Part shown: positions 49,398 to 62,606 of the stretch, piece by piece
How the letters are laid out: each line of letters starts with the position of its first letter
Position numbering within the stretch: position 1 is the stretch's first letter
Assembly: GCF_001194135.2 (NCBI RefSeq)
Contig: NC_068982.1
Coordinates: 35,538,744 to 35,602,743 of the forward strand
Direction of reading: 5' to 3'
Source of the DNA: Octopus bimaculoides
Taxonomy: Eukaryota
DNA: 64,000 nt
Position numbers and translations under genes: made by a program
Notes under the pieces: generated by a model
Told to the model about the DNA's origin: nothing
What the model saw: the letters and a program-made list of their open reading frames with translations, nothing else
The model's database searches: none

Positions 49398-51155
49398 TGG
49401 TACTAGTATAAGTTAAAAAAAAAATTAAAACACCATACAGCTTGTATACTTGCTACTTTGGAGGTTGAACAATAGCAAAAATTCAGTTGTAAACTAGAAA
49501 CTAAGCATTTAAAAAAAATGTATATCCACTGAGAAAGCTACAGAGAACTGCTTCAGAAAAAGGAAAGAGAAGTAAAATATAGACAAGCAACAACTGTTGG
49601 GTTTGTATAAAGGCTTTATCACTTACATCTCTTCCCAAATATAACAAAAAAATTCCATATTTTATGAGTCCCAATGAATTTCCAACAACCTTTGTATTTT
49701 TCAAAATAACAGTGGACTTTCCATAGATGCTGCTAGTTTATTCATAACAGACAGGCTTTTGAATTTTTTTTTTTTTTTTTTTTTTCCAATGAGTTTTTGG
49801 ATAATAAATGAAAATAAATCAGAATTATTCATGCAAGCAAGAATTTTCTATTTTGCGTCTTGAAAAATTAGAAGCTTTTCGGGAAATAAAAAAAAGGAAG
49901 TGGGTAGGAAAAGATTAAAAAATTTTCATTGTTCTGTAATACCATGCATTATGAATGGGTATTTAGGGTTTAAAAAAAAATTTAAAAAAACATTTACATC
50001 TATAATTGTTTAAGCTCACAGATTTGGTATTTTGTGAAAGAAGATTTTCATAGGAAGAATTCAAAAAGAAAAGCTTTACATAATATTATTGATGAATCTT
50101 TTCATTTTTCGTAATATATGTTTCTTTCCACATATTATCTCTCTTCCATAGCTTTTTTTTACAGCTTCCTGTTACTTTCCTATACAAATTCATTGTCAGT
50201 TTAGTTTTAAACCAAACACAATATATTAACATGTTCCATTATTTCCAGAAAATAATATTCATTGTTAAGCAATCTTCTATAATTTCTTGGTTGGCACATG
50301 TAATCTTTAGTCATATCTAATTTTCTGAACGGTGTTATGCAAATAAAGAAAATGTTTCTTTTTTTTTTTTTAGAATAAAGTATTTAAACATGCATTTAGT
50401 TTTTCAAAAAAATGAAAACACATTGCAGTCTGTGATAAATTTATTTAACCTTTAAATGGTGGACATCATCAATTAACATTTCAAAAGTGTTACATAGATA
50501 CAGCCATCACTAATTGATGTCTGATCATCTACTTCGTCAACTGTGCCTAAGCATAAGCAGCCATTATCGATGGGATTTATTCAGCAAAGAAATTTTTTTT
50601 TGACTTTCCTTCATTAGATGTTGTAGATGACGATTATGATTATGATGATGTTCTAGATAACAGAGAAGAATGTGATGCTTCAAACCAATTTTGGATGGGA
50701 AAAGTGTGCTTATTTTCTCCATTTGTACATTTAGTTGACAACAATGCAGGAATTTGAAATGAATTTATGCTCACACTGCATGCAAGGGAAAGTGAATATT
50801 TTACAGTACGTTTTGATAATGTGATTAAAAATTTTATAGTGCAAAAGATTAACAATTAGTTAATTAGTCTTTGTACTTATTTAGATTGGAAATTAGTAAT
50901 AAAATTATCCTTAAGAAGAGATACTTTTTTGTTTTTTGCCTATTTGGCACTCACTTTTATGCAACCCTTTCCTATTGTTTAAGAGTTAAAGTAAAGAAGT
51001 CATTGACCACTTTCTTAATGGCAATATCATTTTGCTCCAGCATGGCAGTATCATTTTGCTGGTTTGTATGTGTGCATACACACACATGCATACATGCCCA
51101 CACAAATATAAATACATACACATATATATATATATATATATGTGTNNNNNNNNNN

Positions 51156-51202
<47 letters not shown>

Positions 51203-53552
51203 CCTTTTACCTATTTTAGAAATCCTTGAGTGGCAGATTCACAGAATTTTTAGAGCACCAAGAAAAAATTGTTTTCTATTTGTTTCAGCTCTTCTCTTTA
51301 CATTCTGAGTTCAAATCCCACTGTACTAGTCAAGTACTAGGATCAATGGTATCAACTAAACTCCTCTCCTCTGAATTTCTGGCTTTGTGCTTAAATTAGA
51401 AATCAGCATGATTTTCTAATACATTTTCAGATTCAGTCTCATTGCATGGTACCTTGGGCAAGTATCTTCTACTATAACCCTGGACCAACCAAAGCCTTGT
51501 GAATGGATTTGGTAGAACATAACTTAAAGAAGCCTCTCATATGTGTATTCTTTTCTTTTATTCTTTTACATGTTTCAGTCATCTGACTGTGGCCATGTTG
51601 AGGCACCACCTTAAAGGGTTTTAGTCAAAGAGATCAACCTCAGGACTTATTCCTTGTAAGCCTAGTGCTTATTCTGTCAGTCTCTTTAGCTGAACTGCTA
51701 AGTTACAGGGACATAAACATACCAACATCAGTTGTCAAGCCATGTATCTCAAAGCAACGTTTCAGGCTCTGTTTATGAATTTTCCCATCAGTATGTGTGC
51801 GCGTGTGCATGCGTGTGCACGTGCATGTGTGTGTGTATTGATGAGGAAAAGCGTAATATTATCTGCCCTACTGGTCACATAAGCTTTGCTTTCCAGAAAA
51901 GTCAGGAGATTGGTGAGGGAGTAGAAGAGAGCAGTTAAATAGAGTGATTGAATGAGTGAATACACACCAGAGAGTTACAAAGCAGGCCCAACCAGTTATA
52001 TACTGGACCATGTTGTGTGTTTGTGTATAGGTCATGTCACTGTGACATAGCTGTATACCAGAGTGGTGAATGTGTGTGGAGTGGGAATCATATCAGTGTT
52101 ACATGGTCATGTACTGGACTGTAGGGGGCAATGGTCATATCTGTGTAGCATAGTTATATATTAGACTGTTACATGTGTATGATAGGGTCATGTCATTGTG
52201 ACATAATTAAATACGAGACTGCTAATTGTTGATCATGATGTCAGTGTAATCTGGTTTATTTATAAACCAGACTGGTGTGGGAGTCGTTACAAAACAAACC
52301 TATAATTACATATATATATATATTCAGCAATATTGAAAACTTATTTTTTAAACTAGAAAAGGGCCCTTCCTGAAATATATTGTGAGAATTTATGATCTCT
52401 TTACATGACACACAAATTTATTTATATCTGCAAATTTTACTAATGCTTTTCCTGTCCAAAAACATTTTCACAAGTTTGTCTCCTAAATGTCCATGCTTGT
52501 TTTCAGACTTATAATTAGCTTTTGTTTCACATGTTTTGAATAATATAAAGCTTTCTTTTCCTAGGTCTCAAGTTACTCTGAGGGTTGAAAAAACTTGGGA
52601 ATGTGTATCATATATGGTGTATAAACACCAGAGAAACATATCCTGTTGTACAAAGCAGGCAAAGGGTTAAACTAATTTTTGCTGAGGTAGATCACCTGTG
52701 TTTTTCTCAGGTTCTAGGTTTCCAATTGTTATAAATCCATAATTATGAATTCTCACAACTATTAGTTTGAAAAGGTTTAAACAACAACAAAAAAAAATTA
52801 TGTAGGTGTGACATGAATTTTCTTTCTTTTTTTTTATAGATAGAGTGTTAGAGAAAAAAAAGAAGTGGTTTTGAAACGTGATATAATTTTGGTATTCACT
52901 TTTTATGTGAACTGATTAAATGTGCTGTTTACTAACCTCATGTTCCCATGAGATTTTTTTGATCAGTCTACATAAATCAAAAGCAGGTGTCAGTTTGCTT
53001 TCCTATTGTTTTAAGTTATGCTCCAAACATATTGTTTTAGTTTTAGTTTTATTGTATTTCATTAAACCATTTCTCTGTTAAAACAGAGAAGAGTTGCAAG
53101 AGTTAATATGATAAATGGTAAATTAGAAATACACATGTTTGTACTGTAAAATTTAATGATTCTTGGTTTTCCCTGTTGGAAAGATTTTCTTTTATTTTTT
53201 TACTTGTTTCAATCATTAAACTGTGAGCATACTGGGGCAGCCCCTTGAAGGCTTTTAGCTGAACAAATCATCCCCAGTACTTATTTTTTTAAGCCTGGTA
53301 CTTATTCCATCAGTCTCTTTTACTGAACCACTGAGTTACATTGGTTGCTAAGCAGTGATGAGGGGGAAAACACAAACACACAAAAAGATACTGAAGGAGT
53401 AAGTACCAGTCTTAACAAAAAAGTAAGTGTGGGGTTGATTCCTTCAACTAAAATAATTCTTCTAGGTGGTGCCCCAGCATGGGTGAATTATAATAATTGA
53501 AACAAGTAAAAGATAAATACCTGTTGTAATGCAGGAATCATTACGCATTTAA

Positions 53553-53763
53553 CCCTTTATTGTTCAGATTTCTCTGTCAAATGTAATGCTTATTTATTCA
53601 CATTGATATGAACTAGTCATGCATTACTTTGTAGCTTTGAGATTTCAATGATGTGATTGTTTATGTTTAGAATAATAATGTAGGGTGAGCGTGAGAGGTT
53701 GGATCTGTCCAGTTGGAAGATAAAACATTGTAGCCAGATATGGCTGGTTTAAATGCTAAGGGG
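53553..53763. mobile_element. piggyBac-type MITE
   Basis: TTAA|CCCTTTATTGTT ... AATGCTAAGGGG|TTAA; body aligns with 40305-40529. A truncated third copy starts at about 18877. Confidence 0.85.
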
Positions 53764-54383
53764 TTAATGATATAAGCATCAGTATGTTCCAAGCATCACA
53801 CAGCATACAGTTAAGAGTAAAAATATTTTCATTTAGGCTGAATGGGGAGTGATGAGGTGGCGAAGTCATTATGACTTCAGAATATAAAAACAATAACTGC
53901 CAGTTTACCTGCTTTTTTTTTTATTCAACAGACAAATAAACATTTTTTTATTACTTCTTTCTTTCTTGGAGTCAATCAGTCATGTAAACAATATTGTAAG
54001 TGTGTGAGACACAGTTAGTCTCTGTTGTTCCATTTATTTAGAGGAGTAAAGAAAAAACATTTACTGCTTAAAAATATCACACATTGCATAACTTTTGGTT
54101 TTTACCAAGTGAGGAAATACCATTTACTCTTTTATATAAATATATATATATATTTGCATGGAGTTAAATATATGTCCGGTCATAGAGTGACCAATGGTTT
54201 CACATCCATAAAGTACTTAGCTTTATAGAGGGCTTCTCAGACTTTAATGGCAGAAGGCATATGTCTTGCAAAAGCATCGGTCACTCTTTGACCAGACATA
54301 TATCTAACTACATGTAAATACATTACTGCTCTATCTTTTAGAGTGTGCTTTTTTTTTGGGATATATGATCCACTAATGATATA

Positions 54384-54435
<52 letters not shown>

Positions 54436-54599
54436 GGAATGAACAAATAGAAAAAGTGGCACTCAATACATTTGGAAAGTGTTACATATACGTTTTAATA
54501 ACAGTTCAATTCTTCCAATATCTGATAAGATGGGTTCATCCTATATTGTCCATGAAACTAAGTCATATGGAGCTGAATCAAACTGTTACATATATGTGG

Positions 54600-54658
<59 letters not shown>

Positions 54659-54669
54659 CATATACATAA

Positions 54670-55030
54670 TAATGTTCATCTGTCATTGTTGATGATGACC
54701 AAAGATATCACATGGGATAAGATGGATTATAGAGCGTCTAGCTATGATCAATCAGGCCAGTGCATGCTCGGAATGTTCTGCTGCAGGTCGGGCACTGGTG
54801 GTCTGCAAGCAAGGAAGGCAAGGAGTTGACTCTAGACTTGCGCAACTCACATATTTTTTGTGCTTCTGCAATCCTATTCTATTTGTAGAAGGTGACACCT
54901 CTGTTGGTGCAGCTATGCCAGGCATGGCGTCCTATGCTTGCATTTCCAAAGTGTCAGAGTTGATTTGAAAGCACTTCAGTGAGGCTTTGAGTGTATCTTT
55001 GAAGCATTTTTTCTGTCCACTTTATGTGCA
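54670..55030 (-). mobile_element. RTE (BovB-like) LINE 3' fragment with C2H2 finger
   Basis: Minus strand KKCFKDTLKASLKCFQIN...NRIAEAQK.CELRKSR...HQCPTCSRTFRACTGLIDHS, followed by a short 3'UTR. Confidence 0.82.
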
Positions 55031-55120
55031 CATACCTTCTGCCAATTCACTGTAAAACTGTATTTTGGGTAGTAATGTGTTATGTATGTATGTGTGTGTA
55101 TGTGTTTGTGTGTGTGTGTG

Positions 55121-55723
55121 CAGGATGTGATGGGTTAGTTGTTACAATTTTATATTTTTACTTTCAGGCATACACATTGTTTGTTTTGGGTTTTGTCGAT
55201 TACACAGTATTGTAGGGTTAGTTGGGCACCTTCTGTGAGAAAAACAGTACCATGATGCAATTCACTCTGCCAGAAATTTGGAAACAACATGCTATACTGC
55301 TTGGCATTTGTGCTGGAAGCTCCAATACGAATATGTACCGAGAATGTTAAAAATCAAACGTCCAGTGTCGGGCAACCGCACCACTCCTAACTTCCCAGAC
55401 TGTAAACCCCTTGATTATTATGTGTGGGGTGCAGTTGAGCGAGTGATCAACAAAACTCCTTGTAACACCAAAGGTGACTGAAGGCAAGGATTATGGCAGC
55501 ATTCACCAACTTAAGCAAAGAGACTATCCAGAAGAGTTACAGGAGATTCCTAAGTCGTCTGGAGGCCATGGTTGAAGCCTAGTGGCAATTTTATTGAATG
55601 AATTTACTCTTTAGTATTTCAAGATATTTTTATGTAATTTTGGTAAATATATCTGTTAAAATGAGATGCCAGTGTTATTTTCAATTTTGCGTAATTTAGA
55701 TGACAGTTTATTCATCGCACGTG
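55121..55723 (+). mobile_element. Internally deleted Tc1/maT (DD37D-like) element
   Basis: C-terminal PNFPDCKPLDYYVWGAVERVINKTPCNTK...RIMAAFTNLSKETIQKS.RRF.SRLEAMVEA matches the W(P)PNSPDLNPLDY.VWG motif; N-terminal remnant at about 55250-55365; degenerate TIRs. Confidence 0.7.
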
Positions 55724-56532
55724 TATTGCAAAAATTTCATTTTTGCTCTATCTTTTATATAAAATTTCATTGTGTATGGGTCATTGTTACTGTGATGTAA
55801 TCATATTTTAGGTTCATGTCGGTGTAATATAGTTATATATTCAACTATGTGTGAGTCATATCATTGGAACACAGTAACATATTGGACTGATATTATGTGA
55901 TAAAGCTACATTGTAGTATGATTTTCTGATTTGCTCCCTCTACGACATGCTTTCTAGTCCTACAAATTTAAGGTGCTGGAAAATAGAGGCAATTAGTCTG
56001 TACAAATGTGGAAAGGCTAGCATGTTGAGATATATATTCTGAAATTGCCCGCTAGGTCTGGAGTACAGATACAGATGATGACATAACCAAGTACTTAGAG
56101 TATTGGCTGCTGCAGTAACAGAGAGGTAAAGCAAATTAACAATGGTGAAGGACCACAAATAGTGAAGCCATGGGAAGATAAAGTTTTGCAGGGAAGGTGA
56201 ATGCTGCAAGCTAGCCACTGTAAAGAAGAATGAGGAGGTCTGTGTTGATCTTGATGGTAAAAATCACTTCCTACTTTTTACCATCAAAAAATGCAACCTT
56301 GTCATATGGTGCAAAGATGGATTGCACTAGAGGACTAACCATTTATTTTTATTTAAATTTTGAATTTTTATGTTATGTCACTCACCGACAGCTTTTATGT
56401 TTGAGGAGATATAATATGAGTAGTTGTAGTGGGTTTATAGCAGTTTTGACTGCTATTTCTAGGCATGTAAGGGTTTTTATAACCCTCTCCATTATAATTG
56501 TGATTTATTCACAATTATACACTCTTCTTATA

Positions 56533-56584
<52 letters not shown>

Positions 56585-56815
56585 TCATAATGATATTTAT
56601 TCTCTAATTTGAAGTATCAATTCTTAAAGATAAACAAATGACTGAACAATGAGCTAACTTCTGGCTGAATCGAACTCACAAATCCACACTTTCATGGCTC
56701 CTTGCGAATCTGATTGTCCAAATGCTCACCCATCAATTTCAGTCAAATTTAGTTAATATATACTTAAACTGTCTTGATACTACATAAATAATATGTTTTT
56801 ATAAACAAACCCAAT

Positions 56816-56873
56816 AAAACACCTGCAAACCAACCTAGAATATATATATTCTAGGTTGGTTTGCAGGTGTTTT
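56816..56873. repeat. Perfect 58-bp palindrome with no spacer
   Basis: AAAACACCTGCAAACCAACCTAGAATATATATATTCTAGGTTGGTTTGCAGGTGTTTT equals its own reverse complement. Confidence 0.97.
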
Positions 56874-58212
56874 GTCTATGTAACTCAGTTAGATATTAGG
56901 TCGATGATGTTAGTAGGACATTAATCAATCAGTGAGCTGCTTAATTATTATTATTAATGTGTTTTCACTTCAGACATTTGCATATGCTAACAATGTCAGG
57001 TCATAAGCTGAAATCGTAAGTGATCTTAGAGTGACTTAATCACATTGACCAATTGTTCAAGGCTCTCTAGAAAACAACATTGCAACAACTCCTTACTACA
57101 AATACTACCACATAGGCTTGGGAACAGGGGATGCAAGTAAACCCTCCACTAAATTTTTTGTGGGACTATGAAAATGCGTTGAACATTCTGGGTCAGAGAC
57201 CTGGATTTGCACCCTATAAGCAAATTTTGTTCTTGCACCTATATACTACTACTGTTACTACAACATTTTCTGGTATAATTTTTCATATGGAAATTTACTG
57301 CCAAAAAAGGATAAGTCAACTTACACATCAAGACATCTTTGGACAACCAAAAATTCCATGTGAAATGTAGCAGGATTTGGTAAAATAGTGATGATGTGTG
57401 AATGTTTACATTTCAGGTTTGCCATGATGTCATATAACAAAAATTTTAGTTAACTGTTAATTCTCTTTATACTTATTTTAGTGTTCATGTTAATGTGTGA
57501 TTATAACCACAAATAAAGGCAAACATTAAAAATCAAATTTGAAATAATTAAACATTATTTCAAATGGAAATTTGTGGGGGGGGGTCCCTTTTTATTTTAT
57601 TTTTCATGTTGTTGCAAACTTCCTTTATACCGAAAATGCCAATCTGAGCAAAAAATACCTGCTTGAAAAATCTCTGGTAGAATGGTTATTCAGTTGAAAT
57701 CGGGTCAATTTATACATTGATTGTTTTGACTGAAAAAAATCTACCTTAACTTATACACTACACTGACTTGTAGTAAAAATATGGTATCTCCTTAGGCTGA
57801 CATTAAAGCTACATAGTAATGTAATGTCATAACAGCGTAAAGGTGCATAGCTTAATGGTTAGAGTATTCAACTTACGGTGGGTATTCATGAGTTCAATTC
57901 CCAACAGCATGTTGTGTCTTTGAGCAAGACATTTTATATCATGTTGCTCTAGTCTACCCAGCTGGCAAAAAATGAGTATTACCTGTAATTGAAAAGGTCA
58001 GCTTTGTCATATTCTGTGTCATACTGAATCTTCTTGAGAACTACATTAGGGGTATGCTTGTCTATGGAGCGCTCAGTCACTTGAAATTGAATTTCACAAG
58101 CAGGTTCTTCCATTGATCGGATCAACTGGAACCCCTGTCAGCATAACTGACCGAGTGACAGTGTAATGGTGTATCTACTTTAGTCTATTGCCATACACTT
58201 ACTTGATCTCCT

Positions 58213-58255
<43 letters not shown>

Positions 58256-59448
58256 GTATGTATGTGTGGCGTTGTGATCTTCCTTAGATTTGCTCATCTC
58301 TGACAAGTGAGGAATAAATTTTGTCAAAGCAGAGCTCCAGTATGGCTGCAGTCTAATGACTGGAACAAGTAAAAGATAAAAGATGTTTGTTACCATGCTT
58401 AATAAACATCTCACTTAAAAAGGAAAATGCAAAACTCGTAAAGAGCTGCTAATAGGCCATGAGTCTCTATTGGCTTTCTCAGTTTTTTTATGCAATGACT
58501 ACAGCTTTTAGTCAGGTCATAGGGATGAGCTTCCTTGAATTTAGTTTGCATTTTATTGAGATGTCATTCAGACTAATGATCAATGTTTGTGAAACCAAAC
58601 TGTCTGCCAAATCATCAAATTCAAATATTCAATAAAATTTCTACCATTTTGTTTTGATATTGAGAAATTTGTCTCTAGCATAAAAGAGATTAAACAAAAG
58701 TTGTCAGTTTTCTATAACACATACATATACAGTTTTACTATGGTCTTCCTCATTTCTGTGAAACTGGTAAAAATATCTTGACTTCGTTCACCAATTTTGC
58801 ATAGTAGAAGTGGTGGTGATGGTTATAGTGGCAGTGATGGTGGTGCAAATTTCACTTTATCAGCTGACTCAACATTCCCAACAGCCTCCAAAAGTTATGT
58901 AAAAATCTTCCCTCCTTGAACCGATGCCATCAGTTTATCAGGTAAATTAACACCAGATATAAGGTTAGCAGCCAGGAATAGATATTCAGCTACCTAATAG
59001 TATTTGTTAGACAGCAAAGTTACTCATTCAATTAATTACTTCAATTAAAATCTGTAAGTGATTCACTACCAGCTACATTACTATCAAAGAAAATAGGAGC
59101 AAAGAAGCACCATGAGTACGTATAACATACTTTGATAAAGTAAGTATTCTAATTCATCAGACATATCTGTTATCATGTTATAACTACTTTCCATACTTCA
59201 CAATTATTAGCCAAGCAGCAAACTGAAACTGTTCTTTTCTCAAGATAAAAGCTGCAAACAAATTGACACTCATCTTTAGCTGAACATGTGTCAGTGCTTC
59301 TTTTTTCTTTACTGTTTGTTGTCATTTCTTTATAATGTCCATTTTTCCATACTTGCATGGATCAGATAGAGTTGTATTGAAGCAGATTTTGTTATGGCTG
59401 GATGACCTTCCTGTCACCAGTTTTTACCGGTTTCCAAGCACAATAATA

Positions 59449-60169
59449 TCAGGTCATCCCATAAGTTCTGTCCAATTTTACCTTTTTTAAAATTGAATGA
59501 AATTTAATAGTATTTTAGAATGTCTAATGGAATTAAAAATTATTTTTATGCATTTGTGTACATTTAAACTAATTAAACATTATTTTACAGAATAATAGAA
59601 TTAAAATTTCTTTGATTAAAGCCCTTTCTAACATGGAAGTATCTGAAGAGTATTTAAGGCATATAATACTTNNNNNNNNNNNNNNNNNNNNNNNNNNNNN
59701 NNNNNNNNNNNNNNNNNNNNNTGAAGATCGAACAGGACGTCCAGTTGAGTTTGATAATAAGTTCCTTGAGGCATTACTTGAAGAAAATCCTGCATTATCA
59801 GTTGAAGAATTGGCAATAAAGCTTAGTTCAAACCATACAACTGTTCATCGTCATCTTTAACAACTTGGAAAGGTTCCTAAATTTGGAAAATGGATGCCTC
59901 GTGAATTGTCCAAACTGACATTTCAGAGTTCTTTGCTTTGAAACCAAAAGAGTTTTACATTGATGGGATTAAAAAGCTTGTAAATAGATGGAAGGAAGTC
60001 ATAGATAATCAGGGAAAGTACANNNNNNNNNNAAAGCTTGTAAATAGATGGAAGGAAGTCATAGATAATCAGGGAAAGTACATTGATGATTAAATTTCAA
60101 TTAAATATAACATTTGATCACTTGTTTTCTTTATTCAATATTCGGAACAGAACTTATGACATGACCTGA
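59449..60169 (+). mobile_element. Internally deleted mariner element with TIRs and TA TSD
   Basis: TIRs TCAGGTCATCCCATAAGTTCTGTCC and GGAACAGAACTTATGACATGACCTGA. MEVSEEYLRHII...EDRTGRP...GKWMPREL (WVPHEL variant) jumps directly to EFFALKPKEFYIDGIKKLVNRWKEVIDNQGKYIDD*. Contains two N-gaps. Confidence 0.9.
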
Positions 60170-60668
60170 TATTTCCCCATGGCCAAACATTTTTTTTTTT
60201 CTCAGAATATTGAAAATGAATAGCAATCATTTACAATAATTACATGATGTCAAGACGACTTAAACATACATACGCTCACACACACACTCACACATACACA
60301 CACATGTACATGCACACATATAATGCGTGTGTACATTTGTATATGAAGGTGCACAGCTCAGTGGTTAAAGCATTAGGCTTACAATCATGAGGTTGTGAGT
60401 TAGATTCCCAGAGCAGGCTGTGTGTGTGTTCTTGAGCAAGACCCTTTATTTCATGTTGCTCCAGTTCACTCAGCAGTAGAAATGAGTCACAATGTCATTG
60501 GTGCCAAACTATATCAGCCCTTGCCTTTCCTTTGGATAACATGAGTGGCATGGAGAGAGGAGGCTGGTATGCATAGGCAACTGCTGGTCTTCCATAAACA
60601 ATCTTGCCCAGACTTGTACCTCAGAGGGGTCTTTTTAGGTGCAACCTCATGGTCATTCATGACCGAAG

Positions 60669-60705
<37 letters not shown>

Positions 60706-62195
60706 NNNNNNNNNNNNNNNNNNNNNNNNNNNNNNNNNNNNNNNNNNNNNNNNNNNNNNNNNNNNNNNNNNNNNNNNNNNNNNNNNNNNNNNNNNNNNNN
60801 NNNNNNNNNNNNNNNNNNNNNNNNNNNNNNNNNNNNNNCATACATACACACAGTGGACTTCTTTCAGTTTTAATGTACCAGATCTTCCCTCAAGGTTTTG
60901 GTTGGTCAAAAGCTGTAGGCAAATACACTTGCTCAAGGTGCTACATAGTGGGGCTGAACTCAAAATCATGCAAGATTCTAAATCATACAGTTATATCTGC
61001 ATGTGTTGAAGTAAATGAATTTCATTGTTTTTTTAACTTGACCATTCAGTTGTTTAATTAATTAAACAACCTACTTTGATCAACAGACAGGTTTTTTTTA
61101 CAAACAGAAAAATATTTGTGAAGAGTTTTGGAAAGTAGAAATTTGCATAATTAAAAATAAAAAAAAAAAGCAGTAGGAAATAAATAACTCGAGTGAGCCA
61201 GTGGTATGTCGTTAGATAAATATGAGATGATGTATTGAATGAAATGCAGATAATTCTCGATTAATTGTAATTTTCTCCTTTGTTGAAGAAAGAAATCTAA
61301 AACTTAGCAGTAATTGTTAGTGATGCTAAAGAAAAATGGAAATAATTTCAAGTCTTTGAGAATTAATCACACAAAATTTCTGTGTGCCTAGGTGGAAATC
61401 TGATCTTTATTTACAGGTGATGTGGTGGTGGTGGGGTGGGGGGAGTCAGTTGTAAACATATTACAAATCTTACTGATGCTCACAAGGCAGTGAGCTGGCA
61501 GAATTGTTAGCACAACAGGTGAAATGCTTAGCTGCATTTTGTTTGTCTTTGCATTCTGAGTTCAAATTCCACCAAGGTTGACTTTGCCTTTTATCCTTTC
61601 AGAGTCAATAAAATAAGTTCCAGTTGAGCACTGGGGCACTGGGGTCAATCCAATCAACCTATCCTTCCCCCCAAAATTGCTGACTTTGTGCTAAAACGTG
61701 AAAGCAATCTTGCTGGACCTCATCCGAAAAGCATAGTTTACTCAAAGCTGCTTTGATCAACAAAAGAACATTAAAATTTAGTAGGAGTTGTTTGTAATTC
61801 TAGAGGAAGTGGGAGATAAATTCATGCACTGTGCAAGCAGTTCCACTTCTGCCTCAACATCGTAGTCAAATCTACATCACCAAATTTCACCTGTACCATC
61901 TTCAAAATGGGGGATAATGTGTTTTGACACAAGCTGTTTAATTAACTGAACAACTTACTCATTGACTTAACATGTAAGTGGCTGAGTATTCCACTGGTAT
62001 GTGCACCCTTAATGTGATTCTCAGGCAGGACCAAGCATGTGGAAAAGCTCTATCATTAAATTATAAGTTCAAAAACTCCTCTAGTTTCCATTTTCCCAGT
62101 TTCATTCCTGAGTCAACCTAAGAATGCAAAGCATACTCCTTAACCATTCAAAGTCATTCAGCATCCACTTATTTACTGCCCATACATATATATTA

Positions 62196-62606
62196 TTACT
62201 TACTTAGCCCTTCACTTCCTCCCTCTGAAGTAAAGGCCATCACCAATTTTTCTCCCCGACACTGAGCTGTCTTTTCTGCTTCTCTCCAGTTGAACCCCTG
62301 CTTTTTCCGCTCAGCCTCAGTCTGTATCTTGCCTATGTTTCTGTGTTTTCCTGGGGTGTGGCTTCCTTTTCTCTGGTCCTGTTGGTTTTGAATTGTCATT
62401 GATGCTTCTGTAACTTTGTTTTTCTAGATGGAGTTGTTGGCCCTACACAAACCCATTTTTCCCCAGGGTGAGATTGTCTAATATTAGTTTGGCCTCTAGC
62501 TTTTGATTTGTCCAGCATAGGACACTCTACCATAAGATTGCATTTCACTGGCATAGTTTTTATTGTCATTGAGGTACACAAGCCACCAGACTACAACAAG
62601 GCCTGC
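62196..62606 (-). mobile_element. Bipartite non-autonomous RTE derivative (5'UTR fused to ORF 3' end, (TAAG)n tail)
   Basis: 5' part GCCTTGTTGTAGTCTGGTGGCTTGTGTACCTCAATGAC...GGCCAACAACTCCATCTAGAAAAAC resembles RTE/Expander 5'UTRs (from memory). 3' part encodes AERKKQGFNWREAEKTAQCRG..LVMA and ends CTAAGTAAGTAA. Confidence 0.65.

Noticed and set aside
49501-49704. Hydrophobic minus-strand ORF with an internal GTAAGT
   Set aside because: TTG start, T-rich low-complexity origin, no recognisable homology.
50618-50760. Acceptor-like site followed by acidic frame DVVDDDYDYDDVLDNREEC...
   Set aside because: Phase 1 is incompatible with the phase-0 donor at 46479, it does not resemble the expected next NELL segment (G..QD.K.....CP), the donor is weak and the frame closes.
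61050-61069. 20-bp palindrome TTGTTTAATTAATTAAACAA
   Set aside because: Short and AT-rich; expected by chance in this composition.
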